Shown here one piece after another: positions 8,892 to 18,680 of a stretch of 41,655 bases of DNA. The DNA comes from a virus (taxonomy: Duplodnaviria > Caudoviricetes). The DNA lies in IMG/VR virus record IMGVR_UViG_3300043451_000318, positions 1-41,655 of that record; one strand, given 5' to 3'. Numbering within the stretch: the stretch's first letter is position 1; the number at the start of each line of letters is the position of its first letter. The notes below the pieces were generated by a model. That model saw only the letters and a program-made list of their open reading frames with translations. It had not been told where the DNA came from and did no database searches. Position numbers and translations under genes: made by a program.

Positions 8892-9443
8892 ATGAGCCAA
8901 AACATGTCCATGCGCGCTTATGCGCGCTACCGTGGAATTTCTGATGGCGCTGTGCGCAAGGCCATCCAGACCGGGCGCATCACTGCTAATCCCGATGGAT
9001 CCATTGATGTAGATAAGGCCAACGAGCAGTGGCGTCTGAACACAGATGCCTCACAACAACGTGGCGAACACCGTCCCGTGCCCAATGAGGCGATTGCCAG
9101 CGTTCGAGAAACCCTAGGTGACTCGTCTGGGACGCAAGCCCCTACGGTGGGCGGCACCACCTTGCTCCAAGCGAGAACAGCCAATGAGGTGCTCAAAGCG
9201 CAAACCAACAAGGTGCGCTTAGCGCGCCTTAAAGGCGACTTAGTGGACCGAGCGCAGGCGGTGGCCCATGTCTACAAATTAGCGCGCACACAGCGCGATG
9301 CGTGGCTGAATTGGCCCGCTCGTGTCTCTGCACAGCTAGCGTCTGACTTGAACGTCGATGCTCACCAAATGCACCAGATCTTGGAAAAGGCGGTGCGTGA
9401 GCATTTGCAGGATCTGGGAGAGATGGCGGTGCGAATCGATTGA
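8892..9443 (+). CDS. Terminase small subunit (Nu1-like)
   Basis: N-terminal HTH SMRAYARYRGISDGAVRKAI; C-terminal helical region; directly upstream of terL. Confidence 0.8.
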   Translation: MSQNMSMRAYARYRGISDGAVRKAIQTGRITANPDGSIDVDKANEQWRLNTDASQQRGEHRPVPNEAIASVRETLGDSSGTQAPTVGGTTLLQARTANEVLKAQTNKVRLARLKGDLVDRAQAVAHVYKLARTQRDAWLNWPARVSAQLASDLNVDAHQMHQILEKAVREHLQDLGEMAVRID

Positions 9444-9454
9444 GGAGCACCAAT

Positions 9455-11599
9455 GTGTTTGACCATTACGACGGAATTGATGCGATCGCTGAAGCGTGGC
9501 GTGAGGGACTCACCCCTGATCCACTCTTGAGCGTTTCTGAATGGGCGGATCAATACCGCTTCTTGTCGGGTAAATCTGCCTCTGAGCCTGGCCGCTGGCG
9601 CACAAGTCGCACGCCATATCTCAAGGAGATCATGGATTGCCTTTCACCCAGCTCTCCAGTCGAGCGTGTGGTGTTCATGAAAGGTGCCCAAGTTGGCGGT
9701 ACCGAATGCGGCAACAACTGGATTGGCTATGTGATTCACATGGCACCTGGGCCCATGATGGCTGTGGCCCCCACAGTGGAGATGGCCAAGCGAAACTCTA
9801 AGCAGCGTATTGATCCGCTGATTGAAGAGAGTGAGACGCTTTCAACGCTCATCGCACCTGCACGTGCCCGTGATTCGGGTAACACCATCCTCACCAAAGA
9901 GTTTCGAGGTGGTGTGTTGGTCTTGACGGGCGCGAACAGCGCTGTTGGTCTGCGCTCTATGCCTGTGCGTTACCTCTTCTTGGACGAGGTGGATGGCTAT
10001 CCGGGTGACGTGGAAGGTGAGGGTGACGCCATCTCGCTGGCTGAAGCGCGAACCCGCACGTTTGCTCGGCGCAAGATTTTGATTGTCTCGACCCCGACCA
10101 TCTCAGGTGCCTCGCGCATCGAGCGGGAGTTTGAGCAATCCGACCAGCGTCACTTCATGGTGCCGTGCCCCCACTGTGGGCATGAGCAACGCTTGCAGTT
10201 TGAGCGGTTGATTTGGGAGAAAGGCCAACCCGATTCGGTGCGTTACCTCTGCACAGGATGTGAGGAGCCCGTTTATGAGCATGCCAAGACCCAGATGCTC
10301 GAGCAGGGCCGTTGGGTGGCGACGGTACCGGGCAATGGCCGAACCGCTGGTTTTCATCTGTCTAGTCTGTACAGCCCAGTGGGCTGGCGCAGTTGGGTGG
10401 AGATTGCCCAAGCGTGGGAGCTGGCGCAAGGTTCAGCCACAGCACTCAAGGCTTTTAAAAACACTGAGCTGGGTGAGACTTGGGTCGAGCAAGGCGAAAC
10501 CCCAGAGTGGGAGCGTTTGCTTGAGCGTCGTGAGTCTTACCGCATCGGCACTGTGCCGCACGGCGGTTTGCTGCTTGCCGGTGGTGTGGACATTCAAAAA
10601 GACCGTATCGAAGTCTCCATCTGGGCGTTTGGACGCGAGAAGCGTTCATGGCTGGTGGAGCACCGTGTATTGGAGGGCGATACATCACGAGACGATGTGT
10701 GGCTGCGCTTAGGGCTCATGCTCCAAGAAAGTTGGAGCCACATCAGTGGTGTGCCAATGCGCTTGGTCCGCATGGGACTGGACACGGGCTATGCCACACA
10801 AGAGGCTTATGCCTTTGTGCGCCGCCAGCACGACCCACGGCTCTTGCCGATGAAGGGTGTGGCCCGCGGCGCTGCGTTGGTTGGCTTACCCACAGCCGTG
10901 GACATGACCACCAACGGCAAACGTCTGCGTCGAGGCCTTCGGGTCTACGCGGTGGTGGGTGGCATTGCCAAGTTGGAGTTCTTCAACAACTTGCGCAAAA
11001 CGATCGACATCACCGAAGACGGCGAGATCATTTTCCCCAACGGCTATGTCCATTTGCCGCAGGTGGATGCGGAATATGTCCAGCAGCTGTGCTCAGAGCA
11101 ACTCGTGACAAGGCGGGACCGCAACGGCTTCTCGTTTCGGGAATGGCAAAAGGTGCGCGAACGCAACGAAGCTCTGGACTGCTACGTGTACGCGCGTGCA
11201 GCAGCAAGCCTTGCAGGTTTGGATCGTTTCGAGGAGCGTCACTGGCTAGAACTGGAACGCCAATTGGGCATTCCGCTCAGTGCAGAACCTCCTGAGTTGC
11301 GAATGGACGGGTTGTTCCCCGTACGACCAGGCTTTGAAACCCCTGAGTTCTTGCAAGGCGTTCAAGGTGTGCGCCCGCCCAACGATGACTTAGATGTGGA
11401 CTTTGTGGAAGCAGAGCCCAAGGTCGAAATTCATGATGAGGTGGATGACCCGCCAGAGGATGTGTCGTGGCGCAGTCCGACTGTCTTGCCAAACCCTCCA
11501 AGTGTCCAACCCCTCCCAGCCACCCCATCGGGTGGCTTTTTTATGAACAAAGTCCCCCAGCGTGGCAGGAGGGTCATTCGCAGTAACTGGATGAAGTGA
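9455..11599 (+). CDS. terL: Terminase large subunit, lambda gpA family
   Basis: Walker A-like MKGAQVGGTE, YLFLDEVD, VSTPT, CPHC/CTGC, GVDIQ and RNEALDC motifs; GAGGAG SD before GTG9455. Confidence 0.95.
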   Translation: MFDHYDGIDAIAEAWREGLTPDPLLSVSEWADQYRFLSGKSASEPGRWRTSRTPYLKEIMDCLSPSSPVERVVFMKGAQVGGTECGNNWIGYVIHMAPGPMMAVAPTVEMAKRNSKQRIDPLIEESETLSTLIAPARARDSGNTILTKEFRGGVLVLTGANSAVGLRSMPVRYLFLDEVDGYPGDVEGEGDAISLAEARTRTFARRKILIVSTPTISGASRIEREFEQSDQRHFMVPCPHCGHEQRLQFERLIWEKGQPDSVRYLCTGCEEPVYEHAKTQMLEQGRWVATVPGNGRTAGFHLSSLYSPVGWRSWVEIAQAWELAQGSATALKAFKNTELGETWVEQGETPEWERLLERRESYRIGTVPHGGLLLAGGVDIQKDRIEVSIWAFGREKRSWLVEHRVLEGDTSRDDVWLRLGLMLQESWSHISGVPMRLVRMGLDTGYATQEAYAFVRRQHDPRLLPMKGVARGAALVGLPTAVDMTTNGKRLRRGLRVYAVVGGIAKLEFFNNLRKTIDITEDGEIIFPNGYVHLPQVDAEYVQQLCSEQLVTRRDRNGFSFREWQKVRERNEALDCYVYARAAASLAGLDRFEERHWLELERQLGIPLSAEPPELRMDGLFPVRPGFETPEFLQGVQGVRPPNDDLDVDFVEAEPKVEIHDEVDDPPEDVSWRSPTVLPNPPSVQPLPATPSGGFFMNKVPQRGRRVIRSNWMK
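11518..11542 (+). terminator. Terminator-like hairpin inside the 3' end of terL
   Basis: AGCCACCC-CATC-GGGTGGCT followed by TTTTT. Confidence 0.55.
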
Positions 11600-11808
11600 T
11601 GACGAGCTATACCGAACAACACCTTCAGGCTTTGCGAGATGCCTTGGCCAGTGGCGAACACCGCGTGACGTATGACGGCAAGAGCGTCGAGTACCGAAGC
11701 GTGGTGGATCTCAAAGCTGCCATTGCCGAAGTGGAGTCCCAGATCGCCCGCGCGGCTGGTAAGCGCAAGTCTCGCCAGATTCGCATCTCAACGTCCAAGG
11801 GGTTGTGA
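11599..11808 (+). CDS. gpW-like head completion protein
   Basis: Small gene between terL and portal; LRDALASGEHRVTYDGKSVEYRS pattern. Confidence 0.85.
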   Translation: MTSYTEQHLQALRDALASGEHRVTYDGKSVEYRSVVDLKAAIAEVESQIARAAGKRKSRQIRISTSKGL

Positions 11809-13325
11809 TGGGCTGGATCAACACAATCAAACACCGGATGTTTGGCAACACGCCGGTTTATGACGGAGCGGGTATGGGACGGCGCGCGCTGAAATGGAAT
11901 CCGGGCAATCCGGGTGCCGTTTCAGCGCTGGCGCTGACCCAAGACCAGCTGCGAACTAAGAGCCGTGATCTAGTGCGTCGCAACGCTTGGGCCGCTGCAG
12001 GCATTGACGCCTTTGTGGCCAACGCCATTGGTACAGGCATCAAGCCCCAAAGCATGATCCAAGACCAACCCCAACGTGAGGCGGTCCATGCCTTGTGGTG
12101 GAGTTGGTGTGAGGACGCCGATGCGGCGGGGCTCACAGACTTCTATGGCATTCAGGGCTTAGCCACCCGGGCCATGCTCGAAGGCGGCGAATCGTTTGTA
12201 CGCATGCGCTACCGAAGGGCAGAAGACAACTTGTCTGTGGCGTTTCAACTCCAAGTGCTTGAAGCAGAGCATTTGCCCATCAGCTTGAATCAGGACTTGC
12301 CTAACGGCAACGTTGTTCGAGCGGGGATTGAGTTTGATCTTTTAGGCAGGCGTGTGGCGTATCACCTGTACCGAACTCATCCCAATGACGGAATGCTGGC
12401 GCCTATGTCTGGCGCATCTGGGGCGGGAAGCCTCGATCTGGTTCGAGTTGACGCGACTGAAATTGTGCATTTGTATCGACCACTTCGACCGGGACAGATT
12501 CGGGGTGAGCCATGGCTTGCCAGAGCGTTGGTCAAGCTCAATGAGCTAGACCAGTATGACGATGCCGAGTTGGTGCGAAAGAAGACAGCAGCGATGTTTG
12601 CTGGCTTCATCACCCGCATGGCTCCTGAGGACAACCTCATGGGCGAGGGTGATATCGATGAAAGCGGTGTGGCCCTTGCAGGCATGGAGCCCGGAACGCT
12701 ACAGATCTTGGAGCCTGGCGAGGACATCAAGTTCTCTGCGCCTGCCGATGTGGGGTCGAGCTATGCCGAGTTCATGCGTCAGCAGTTCAGAGCTGTGGCC
12801 GCAGCCATGGGCATCACGTTTGAGATGCTCACAGGCGACTTGACCCAAGTGAACTACTCCTCCATCCGGGCAGGCTTGTTGGAGTTTCGACGACGGTGTG
12901 AGACCTTGCAGCATGGTGTGATCGTGCATCAGTTGTGTCGCCCAATCTGGCGCGCATGGATGCAGCAAGCCGTGATCGAGGGCAAGCTTGATTTGCCGAA
13001 CTACCGCACCAAAGCGCGTGAGTATCAAGCGGCCAAGTGGATTCCACAGGGTTGGCAATGGGTGGATCCCGAGAAAGAGTTCAAGGCCATGCAATTGGCT
13101 ATTCGCTCTGGCTTGATGAGTCGCTCAGAAGCTATTTCATCCTATGGCTACGACGCGGAGTCCATCGATCGGGAGATCGCCGCAGACAACGCACGCGCCG
13201 ATTCGTTGGGTCTGGTGCTCGACACCGACCCTCGTTTGGTCGCACGCAATGGAGCCACAAACCAAGCAGCTCCCTCACATCCACCAGACGTGGCAGACCC
13301 ACCGCTGGTGGACCAAGAAACCTAG
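11808..13325 (+). CDS. Portal protein, lambda family
   Basis: SRDLVRRN, RPGQIRGEP, VNYSSIR and WQWVDPEKE motifs; position. Confidence 0.95.
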   Translation: MGWINTIKHRMFGNTPVYDGAGMGRRALKWNPGNPGAVSALALTQDQLRTKSRDLVRRNAWAAAGIDAFVANAIGTGIKPQSMIQDQPQREAVHALWWSWCEDADAAGLTDFYGIQGLATRAMLEGGESFVRMRYRRAEDNLSVAFQLQVLEAEHLPISLNQDLPNGNVVRAGIEFDLLGRRVAYHLYRTHPNDGMLAPMSGASGAGSLDLVRVDATEIVHLYRPLRPGQIRGEPWLARALVKLNELDQYDDAELVRKKTAAMFAGFITRMAPEDNLMGEGDIDESGVALAGMEPGTLQILEPGEDIKFSAPADVGSSYAEFMRQQFRAVAAAMGITFEMLTGDLTQVNYSSIRAGLLEFRRRCETLQHGVIVHQLCRPIWRAWMQQAVIEGKLDLPNYRTKAREYQAAKWIPQGWQWVDPEKEFKAMQLAIRSGLMSRSEAISSYGYDAESIDREIAADNARADSLGLVLDTDPRLVARNGATNQAAPSHPPDVADPPLVDQET

Positions 13326-13356
13326 ACACGGTTTTATCTCGTAACTCAGAGGTCCT

Positions 13357-14817
13357 ATGACAAATCTTCCGACGATGCCGTATCTGGCTTCGCGGGTTTT
13401 TGGCACGCCTTTGCTCATTCATCCCCGCAAGCTTGAGGTCATCCTCTCGGTGGTGGGGCCACGCATGGGCATGGTCGTTCCAGAAACCTCAGCGCACCAG
13501 CTGGCGCAAATCACTTCACCTGAGCGCGTGATGCGCTCAGATCTGCAAACCCCCAATATTGCCGTTATCAGCATCCTTGGGACGCTGGTGCGGCGCACGG
13601 GTGCCATGGACGCTGCATCGGGGTTGACCAGCTACGCCTCCATCAGCGCACAAATTCAAGCAGCCATCAATGACGCAAGTGTGGATGCTGTGTTGCTCGA
13701 TATTGATTCTCCCGGTGGCGAAGCGGGTGGGGCTTTTGATTTGGCAGACGAGATCGTGAGCGCGCGCAGCACCAAGCCCATTTGGGCAGTCGCCAACGAC
13801 GATGCGTTCTCTGCTGCGTACGCAATCGCCTGTAGTGCGGAGCGCATCTATCTGACGCGCACAGGTGGCGTGGGCTCTATTGGTGTGATTGCGCTTCACG
13901 TGGATCAGACCCAACGCGATGCGCTCGATGGCTATCGATACACGGCCATCTATGCAGGGGACCGAAAAAACGACTTGTCACCACATCTGCCGCTTTCCAA
14001 CGAAGCATCGACCGCGCTTCAAACAGAGGTGGATCGGCTCTACGAAATGTTTGTCTCAACGGTGGCTACCAATCGAGGGTTGGATGCGCAAGCCGTACGA
14101 GATACGCAGGCGGGACTTTTTTACGCGGGTGACGCCATTGAGGCAGGGTTTGCAGATGCCATTGGCACTGCAGACGACGCCTTGCGCGCGCTGGCTATGG
14201 AAGTTCAACAACGCAAATCTGCCATCGCGCGATCGTTTGGATCGGGGCGCGAGATGGAAGTCTCACAACCCGATCCAGTTCTTTCTAAGGAGAAATTGAT
14301 GTCGCAAACATCGACTCAGCCATCTGGCCCGCCTGCAACCACCGCTTCGACTGAAGCTGCCCCTGTCACTTCCACCGTTGTGGTTCCTGAGGATGCGAAT
14401 CCCCAAGATGCTCATCAAAGCCAACATCAGGAGGTAGTACCACCTGCTGGCGCTGGTGAATCAAATGAAGAGCCCCCTGAAGTGGCTCAGCCCGCTGCTG
14501 CATCCGTATCTGCAGCGGCTGCCAGTCATGACATTCGTAAAGCGAGTGCCAACGTGCTGGCTGTAGCTGAGATGTGTTTGCTGGCTGGCAAATCAGACAT
14601 GACGTTTTCTGCACTCGAGCGTGGTCTGAGTGTGGAGCAAGTGCGAATTGAATTGCTGGCCGCCAAAGCTGATGCGAGTCCTGAGATCCGCTCACACATC
14701 ATGCCGCAAGCCGGTACCCAAGCGACGGCCAAGCCAGAAGTGAGTCCTGTGGTGCTTGCGGCACAACAGCGCGCTCAAAAGCTCTCAGCCAATCGTCCTT
14801 CTTACAAATCCACCTAG
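13357..14817 (+). CDS. S49 family capsid maturation protease with C-terminal scaffold region (lambda C/Nu3-like)
   Basis: LDIDSPGG, AFSAAYAIA and GGVGSIGV motifs; low-complexity C-terminal third. Confidence 0.92.
   Translation: MTNLPTMPYLASRVFGTPLLIHPRKLEVILSVVGPRMGMVVPETSAHQLAQITSPERVMRSDLQTPNIAVISILGTLVRRTGAMDAASGLTSYASISAQIQAAINDASVDAVLLDIDSPGGEAGGAFDLADEIVSARSTKPIWAVANDDAFSAAYAIACSAERIYLTRTGGVGSIGVIALHVDQTQRDALDGYRYTAIYAGDRKNDLSPHLPLSNEASTALQTEVDRLYEMFVSTVATNRGLDAQAVRDTQAGLFYAGDAIEAGFADAIGTADDALRALAMEVQQRKSAIARSFGSGREMEVSQPDPVLSKEKLMSQTSTQPSGPPATTASTEAAPVTSTVVVPEDANPQDAHQSQHQEVVPPAGAGESNEEPPEVAQPAAASVSAAAASHDIRKASANVLAVAEMCLLAGKSDMTFSALERGLSVEQVRIELLAAKADASPEIRSHIMPQAGTQATAKPEVSPVVLAAQQRAQKLSANRPSYKST
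14299..14817 (+). CDS. Probable nested scaffold protein from an internal in-frame start
   Basis: AAGGAG (14287-14292) six nt before in-frame ATG14299, at the end of the protease domain. Confidence 0.6.
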   Translation: MSQTSTQPSGPPATTASTEAAPVTSTVVVPEDANPQDAHQSQHQEVVPPAGAGESNEEPPEVAQPAAASVSAAAASHDIRKASANVLAVAEMCLLAGKSDMTFSALERGLSVEQVRIELLAAKADASPEIRSHIMPQAGTQATAKPEVSPVVLAAQQRAQKLSANRPSYKST

Positions 14818-14826
14818 GAGTTTTAA

Positions 14827-15204
14827 ATGTCAGTTCTCATCAATGAGTTGACCTTGGGCGATTTGCTCAAGTATGAGGAAGAGTCCCTCTATTCCCGCGA
14901 CCAAGTCACAGTCGCTGCAGGTCAGAACTTGCGCATCGGTACGGTCCTTGGCCGTGTGGATGCCAACGGCAAGGTCAAAGCGCTTGATCCCGCAGCCACC
15001 GATGGCACCCAAATCGCCACAGCAGTTTTGTTGCAGTCCGTAGATGCCACAGCGGGTGATAAATCCAGCGGCATCGCTGTGACGCGTCAGTCCATCGTCG
15101 CGCACCACGCTCTCGTGTGGCCGGCAGCCATCACCGCCGAAGAAAAAGCGACTGCCACAGCGCAGCTCGAAGCCGTCGGCATTCTCGTTCGTCAAGGAGC
15201 CTAA
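14827..15204 (+). CDS. Head decoration protein (gpD-like)
   Basis: YSRDQVTV...GTVLG motif; between protease and capsid; AGGAG SD. Confidence 0.88.
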   Translation: MSVLINELTLGDLLKYEEESLYSRDQVTVAAGQNLRIGTVLGRVDANGKVKALDPAATDGTQIATAVLLQSVDATAGDKSSGIAVTRQSIVAHHALVWPAAITAEEKATATAQLEAVGILVRQGA

Positions 15205-15207
15205 GCA

Positions 15208-16212
15208 ATGAACAATCCTTTCCAGTCCCCTGCGTTCTCGATGACCGCATTGACCGCCGCGATCAACATCTTGCCTAACCAGTTTGGCAAGATTGAACAG
15301 ATCAACCTCATGCCTGCCAAGCCTGTGCGTTTTCGCCAGATTGCCATTGAAGAACGTGATGGCGTGTTGAACCTCTTGCCCACATTGCCTGTGGGTGCCC
15401 CCGGCACTGTCGGACAGCGCAGCCGCCGCAAGTTGCGCTCGTTCATGATTCCTCACATCCCACACGACGATGTGGTGTTGCCTGAGGAGATCCAAGGTCT
15501 TCGCGCTTTTGGTTCTGAGACAGACACCGAGACCGTGGCCAACGTGATGACTGATCATTTGCAGTCCATGCGCAACAAACATGCGATCACTTTGGAGCAC
15601 TTGCGTATGGGTGCTTTGAAGGGTGTGATCTTGGATGCAGATGGCTCCGTGCTGTATGACCTTTTTGAAGAGTTCCAGATCACACCTGCCGTGTTCAATT
15701 TCGAGCTCAACAAGAAGGACACGGACGTTAAGAAGAAGTGTTTGGACTTGAAGCGCTACTTTGAGCTCAACCTCAAAGGCGAGTACATGACCAATGTGCG
15801 TGTGCTGGTGTCTTCGGACTTCTTCGATGCGCTGACGGGTCACCCCAATGTCATCCGTGCTTACCAGCTCACGCAAGAAAGCGCGATGTTGCGCACGGAT
15901 CAACGCTCTGGGTTCACCTTTGCTGGTGTGACCTTTGAAGAGTACTTGGGCCAAGCCACAGACATGGCTGGCAATCTGCGCCGCTTCATTGAACCCGGTG
16001 AAGGTCAAGCGTTCCCTGAGGGCACGCTCGATACGTTTGCCACGTACTTTGCGCCTGCAGACTTCAACGAGACGGTCAATACTTTGGGCCAGCCCTTGTA
16101 TGCCAAGCAAGAACCCCGTGACTTTGGTCGCGGCACGGACTTGCACACGCAGAGCAACCCGTTGCCCATGTGCCACCGTCCGAGCTTGTTGGTCAAAGTC
16201 GTCGCAAGTTGA
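15208..16212 (+). CDS. Major capsid protein, lambda gpE family
   Basis: 334 aa; IPHIPHDD, TLEHLRMGALKG and QSNPLP motifs; AAGGAG SD. Confidence 0.93.
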   Translation: MNNPFQSPAFSMTALTAAINILPNQFGKIEQINLMPAKPVRFRQIAIEERDGVLNLLPTLPVGAPGTVGQRSRRKLRSFMIPHIPHDDVVLPEEIQGLRAFGSETDTETVANVMTDHLQSMRNKHAITLEHLRMGALKGVILDADGSVLYDLFEEFQITPAVFNFELNKKDTDVKKKCLDLKRYFELNLKGEYMTNVRVLVSSDFFDALTGHPNVIRAYQLTQESAMLRTDQRSGFTFAGVTFEEYLGQATDMAGNLRRFIEPGEGQAFPEGTLDTFATYFAPADFNETVNTLGQPLYAKQEPRDFGRGTDLHTQSNPLPMCHRPSLLVKVVAS

Positions 16213-16223
16213 GGGGTTAGCTG

Positions 16224-16544
16224 ATGAGTCGAGATCCTTTCGTTCATCTCATCTCTCGGTTGTTTCTTCGCTTGGGGACTCCCGCTGTGTACACCACACA
16301 AGCGGGGGTCTCCCTCAATGTGCGGGTGATCACCAAGGCGCCAGATACGGTCCAAGACTTCGGTCAAACCCATCTGGTGGTCGATACCCAGCGTTTTGAG
16401 TTGATGGCATCAGAGGTCAAACAGCCAAGAGATGGCGATCGATTGGTTCTTGGGGGCGTGCGCTACGTGCTTCATGGTGAGGCACTCATTGACCGTGACG
16501 GGCTCGTTTGGACGGTGAGTGCCTCTATCTGGCCGGAGGGTTAA
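16224..16544 (+). CDS. Head-tail joining protein (FII-like)
   Basis: Size, beta-rich composition and position after the capsid gene. Confidence 0.7.
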   Translation: MSRDPFVHLISRLFLRLGTPAVYTTQAGVSLNVRVITKAPDTVQDFGQTHLVVDTQRFELMASEVKQPRDGDRLVLGGVRYVLHGEALIDRDGLVWTVSASIWPEG

Positions 16545-16546
16545 CC

Positions 16547-17194
16547 ATGTCTTCACGGCTTGTTGCCGCTTTGAGTGGCAATTTGCAAGAACTTATGGCG
16601 GCTGAACTCAAAGCAGCCAGACATGCAGTCACCACGGGTGTGCGTGATGCCACCGATGGCCTCAAAGGTGAGCTGCGAGGTCAGATCACTTCGGCTGGGC
16701 TGGGGGCACGTCTTGCCAATACTTGGCGCGGTGAGGTCTATCCCAAGGGACGTGAAAGCCTGGGTGCTGCAGGGTTGGTTTACAGCCGAGCTCCTGTGGT
16801 CGTGGCTGCTCATGACGAGGGAGCGTTGATTCGTTCCAAGAACGGGTTTTGGCTCTCTATCCCATTACCAGCGGCAGGCACTGGCCCGCGCGGCAAACGC
16901 ATCACACCCGGACTGTGGGAGCGCATGCGCGGCCAGAGACTCCGATTCGTTTACCGAGCAGGTAAGCCGTCACTTCTCGTGGCGGACAACCAACGTGCAA
17001 GAGCTGGCAAGCGGGGTGGTTTCACAGCCGCTTCTGCTTCGGCGCAGCAGTCCGGTAAGGGGCTGGTGAGTGTGCCCATCTTTTTGCTCGTGCCACAGGC
17101 ACAGCTCAAGAAAAAGTTCGATATTGATTCCGCAGTTCAGCACTGGGAATCACAACTGATTCAAAACGTCATCTCCAACTGGCCCGATGAATAA
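16547..17194 (+). CDS. Neck/tail completion protein (resembles DUF6441)
   Basis: Basic protein; GGAGG SD before ATG16547; position. Confidence 0.72.
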   Translation: MSSRLVAALSGNLQELMAAELKAARHAVTTGVRDATDGLKGELRGQITSAGLGARLANTWRGEVYPKGRESLGAAGLVYSRAPVVVAAHDEGALIRSKNGFWLSIPLPAAGTGPRGKRITPGLWERMRGQRLRFVYRAGKPSLLVADNQRARAGKRGGFTAASASAQQSGKGLVSVPIFLLVPQAQLKKKFDIDSAVQHWESQLIQNVISNWPDE

Positions 17195-17216
17195 GGGCAG
17201 CGGGTGATTAACCGGA

Positions 17217-17240
17217 GCAGGCCACGGGCCTGTTTTTTTT
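17217..17240 (+). terminator. Terminator-like hairpin abutting the next start codon
   Basis: GCAGGCC-ACG-GGCCTGT followed by a T run ending directly at ATG17241. Confidence 0.6.
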
Positions 17241-17675
17241 ATGTCTAAGCGTGAAGAAGCCGTCGGCGCTTTGTTTCAGTTGTTGGGGCAGTTGCCCCTT
17301 GGCGGCAATGTGCCCAAGCGAAACAGCGCACTGCCTGAACGCATGACAGAGCACTCCATGGTGGTACTGCGCGATGGCGACATGAATGAAGTCGATGTGA
17401 TGCTCTCACCACTGACTTATCAGTGGGAGCACTCGGCCAATTTGGAGTTGTACGTGAGCCACCCCGATGGTGCTGAGCGAGACGCGCGCATGGATGTACT
17501 GCTCAAACGGTTTTCAGAACTCGTGACGGCAGACCGAACTTTGGGTGGCGTTGTGGAGTTCACGCAAATTCACCCCCCGAAGTTTGAAGAGGTTGCGCCC
17601 GATGGCGCTGTGGGCATCAAGGCCTGCACCTTGGATGTGGTGATGCATTACGCAAGCAGTGATCCGCTGTCTTGA
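17241..17675 (+). CDS. Tail terminator-like protein (gpU position)
   Basis: 144 aa directly before the tail tube; ADRTLGG motif. Confidence 0.7.
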   Translation: MSKREEAVGALFQLLGQLPLGGNVPKRNSALPERMTEHSMVVLRDGDMNEVDVMLSPLTYQWEHSANLELYVSHPDGAERDARMDVLLKRFSELVTADRTLGGVVEFTQIHPPKFEEVAPDGAVGIKACTLDVVMHYASSDPLS

Positions 17676-17700
17676 TTGAATTTAAAACTGGAGAAAAACT

Positions 17701-18645
17701 ATGGCCCGTGCCTATGGCGCAAATGCCAGCTTGCTGGCTGCATTCGAACCTTCCTACGGTGCAAACCCAAGTGGCAGCACCGACTATTGGAAGCTCCCAT
17801 TTGTCTCTACCTCATTGGGCTCTGAGCAAGGCCTCATTGCCAATGACCTGATTGGTTTGGGGCGAGACCCCAGCGCCCCCATCCGCGATGTGATGAAGGT
17901 TGAGGGCGATATGGTGGTGCCGATCGATCTGCGTAACTTTGGCTTGTGGCTCAAAGCTTTGTTGGGTGCTCCCACCTCTGTGGGCGATGTGGACCATCAA
18001 CACACCTTTGGGTCAGGCCAGCCTGTACTGCCGAGTCTCGCACTTGAAACAGGTCTGCCTGATATCCCCGCTTACTTTGAATCGTCGGGCGTGATGGTTA
18101 ACTCCGTCCAAATCAAGTTCGCACGCTCTGGTGCTGCAGATGCAACCTTGGGGTTGATCGCGCAAGGGGAAGTCAAGCAACTCGGATCTGTCGATGCAAC
18201 GCCGCAAGCTTTGTCGATCACACGGTTTAACCAGTTCCAAGGTTCGATCAAGAAAAACGGTCAGGCACTGGGTAACGTGGTGGCGGCGCAGCTGACCTAT
18301 TCCAACAACCTAGCTCGCATTGAGACCATCCGCTCTGACGGAAAAATCGAAGGTGCAGATCCAACCGTTGCGAGTTTGACGGGCAACTTGGAGGTTCGGT
18401 TTGCAGATACAGAGCTCATTGATGCTGCCACCAACAACACGCCACTCGAGCTCACGTTCAGCTACGTGATTGATGCCACCAAGAGTTTGACCTTTGTGGC
18501 GCATGAGGTGTATCTGCCCAAACCCAAGCTGTCGATCTCTGGCCCGGGTGGAATTCAAGCCACCTTCAACTGGCAGGCCGCCAAGAACACAGCCGCTGGT
18601 CGGATGTTCACGGTCATTCTTCACAACGATGTGGCTAGCTACTAA
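17701..18645 (+). CDS. Tail tube (major tail) protein
   Basis: 314 aa beta-rich protein; GGAG SD; precedes chaperone and tape measure. Confidence 0.88.
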   Translation: MARAYGANASLLAAFEPSYGANPSGSTDYWKLPFVSTSLGSEQGLIANDLIGLGRDPSAPIRDVMKVEGDMVVPIDLRNFGLWLKALLGAPTSVGDVDHQHTFGSGQPVLPSLALETGLPDIPAYFESSGVMVNSVQIKFARSGAADATLGLIAQGEVKQLGSVDATPQALSITRFNQFQGSIKKNGQALGNVVAAQLTYSNNLARIETIRSDGKIEGADPTVASLTGNLEVRFADTELIDAATNNTPLELTFSYVIDATKSLTFVAHEVYLPKPKLSISGPGGIQATFNWQAAKNTAAGRMFTVILHNDVASY

Positions 18646-18680
18646 GTCGCACGTATTCAGCTACACGCACAGGTATTTCC

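Noticed and set aside
11265-11599. Possible intein in TerL
   Set aside because: No C/S...HN splice motifs or endonuclease motifs; the extra sequence is a terminal low-complexity linker.
14830-16176. 448-aa minus-strand ORF
   Set aside because: Antisense shadow of the decoration and capsid genes with no recognisable motif.
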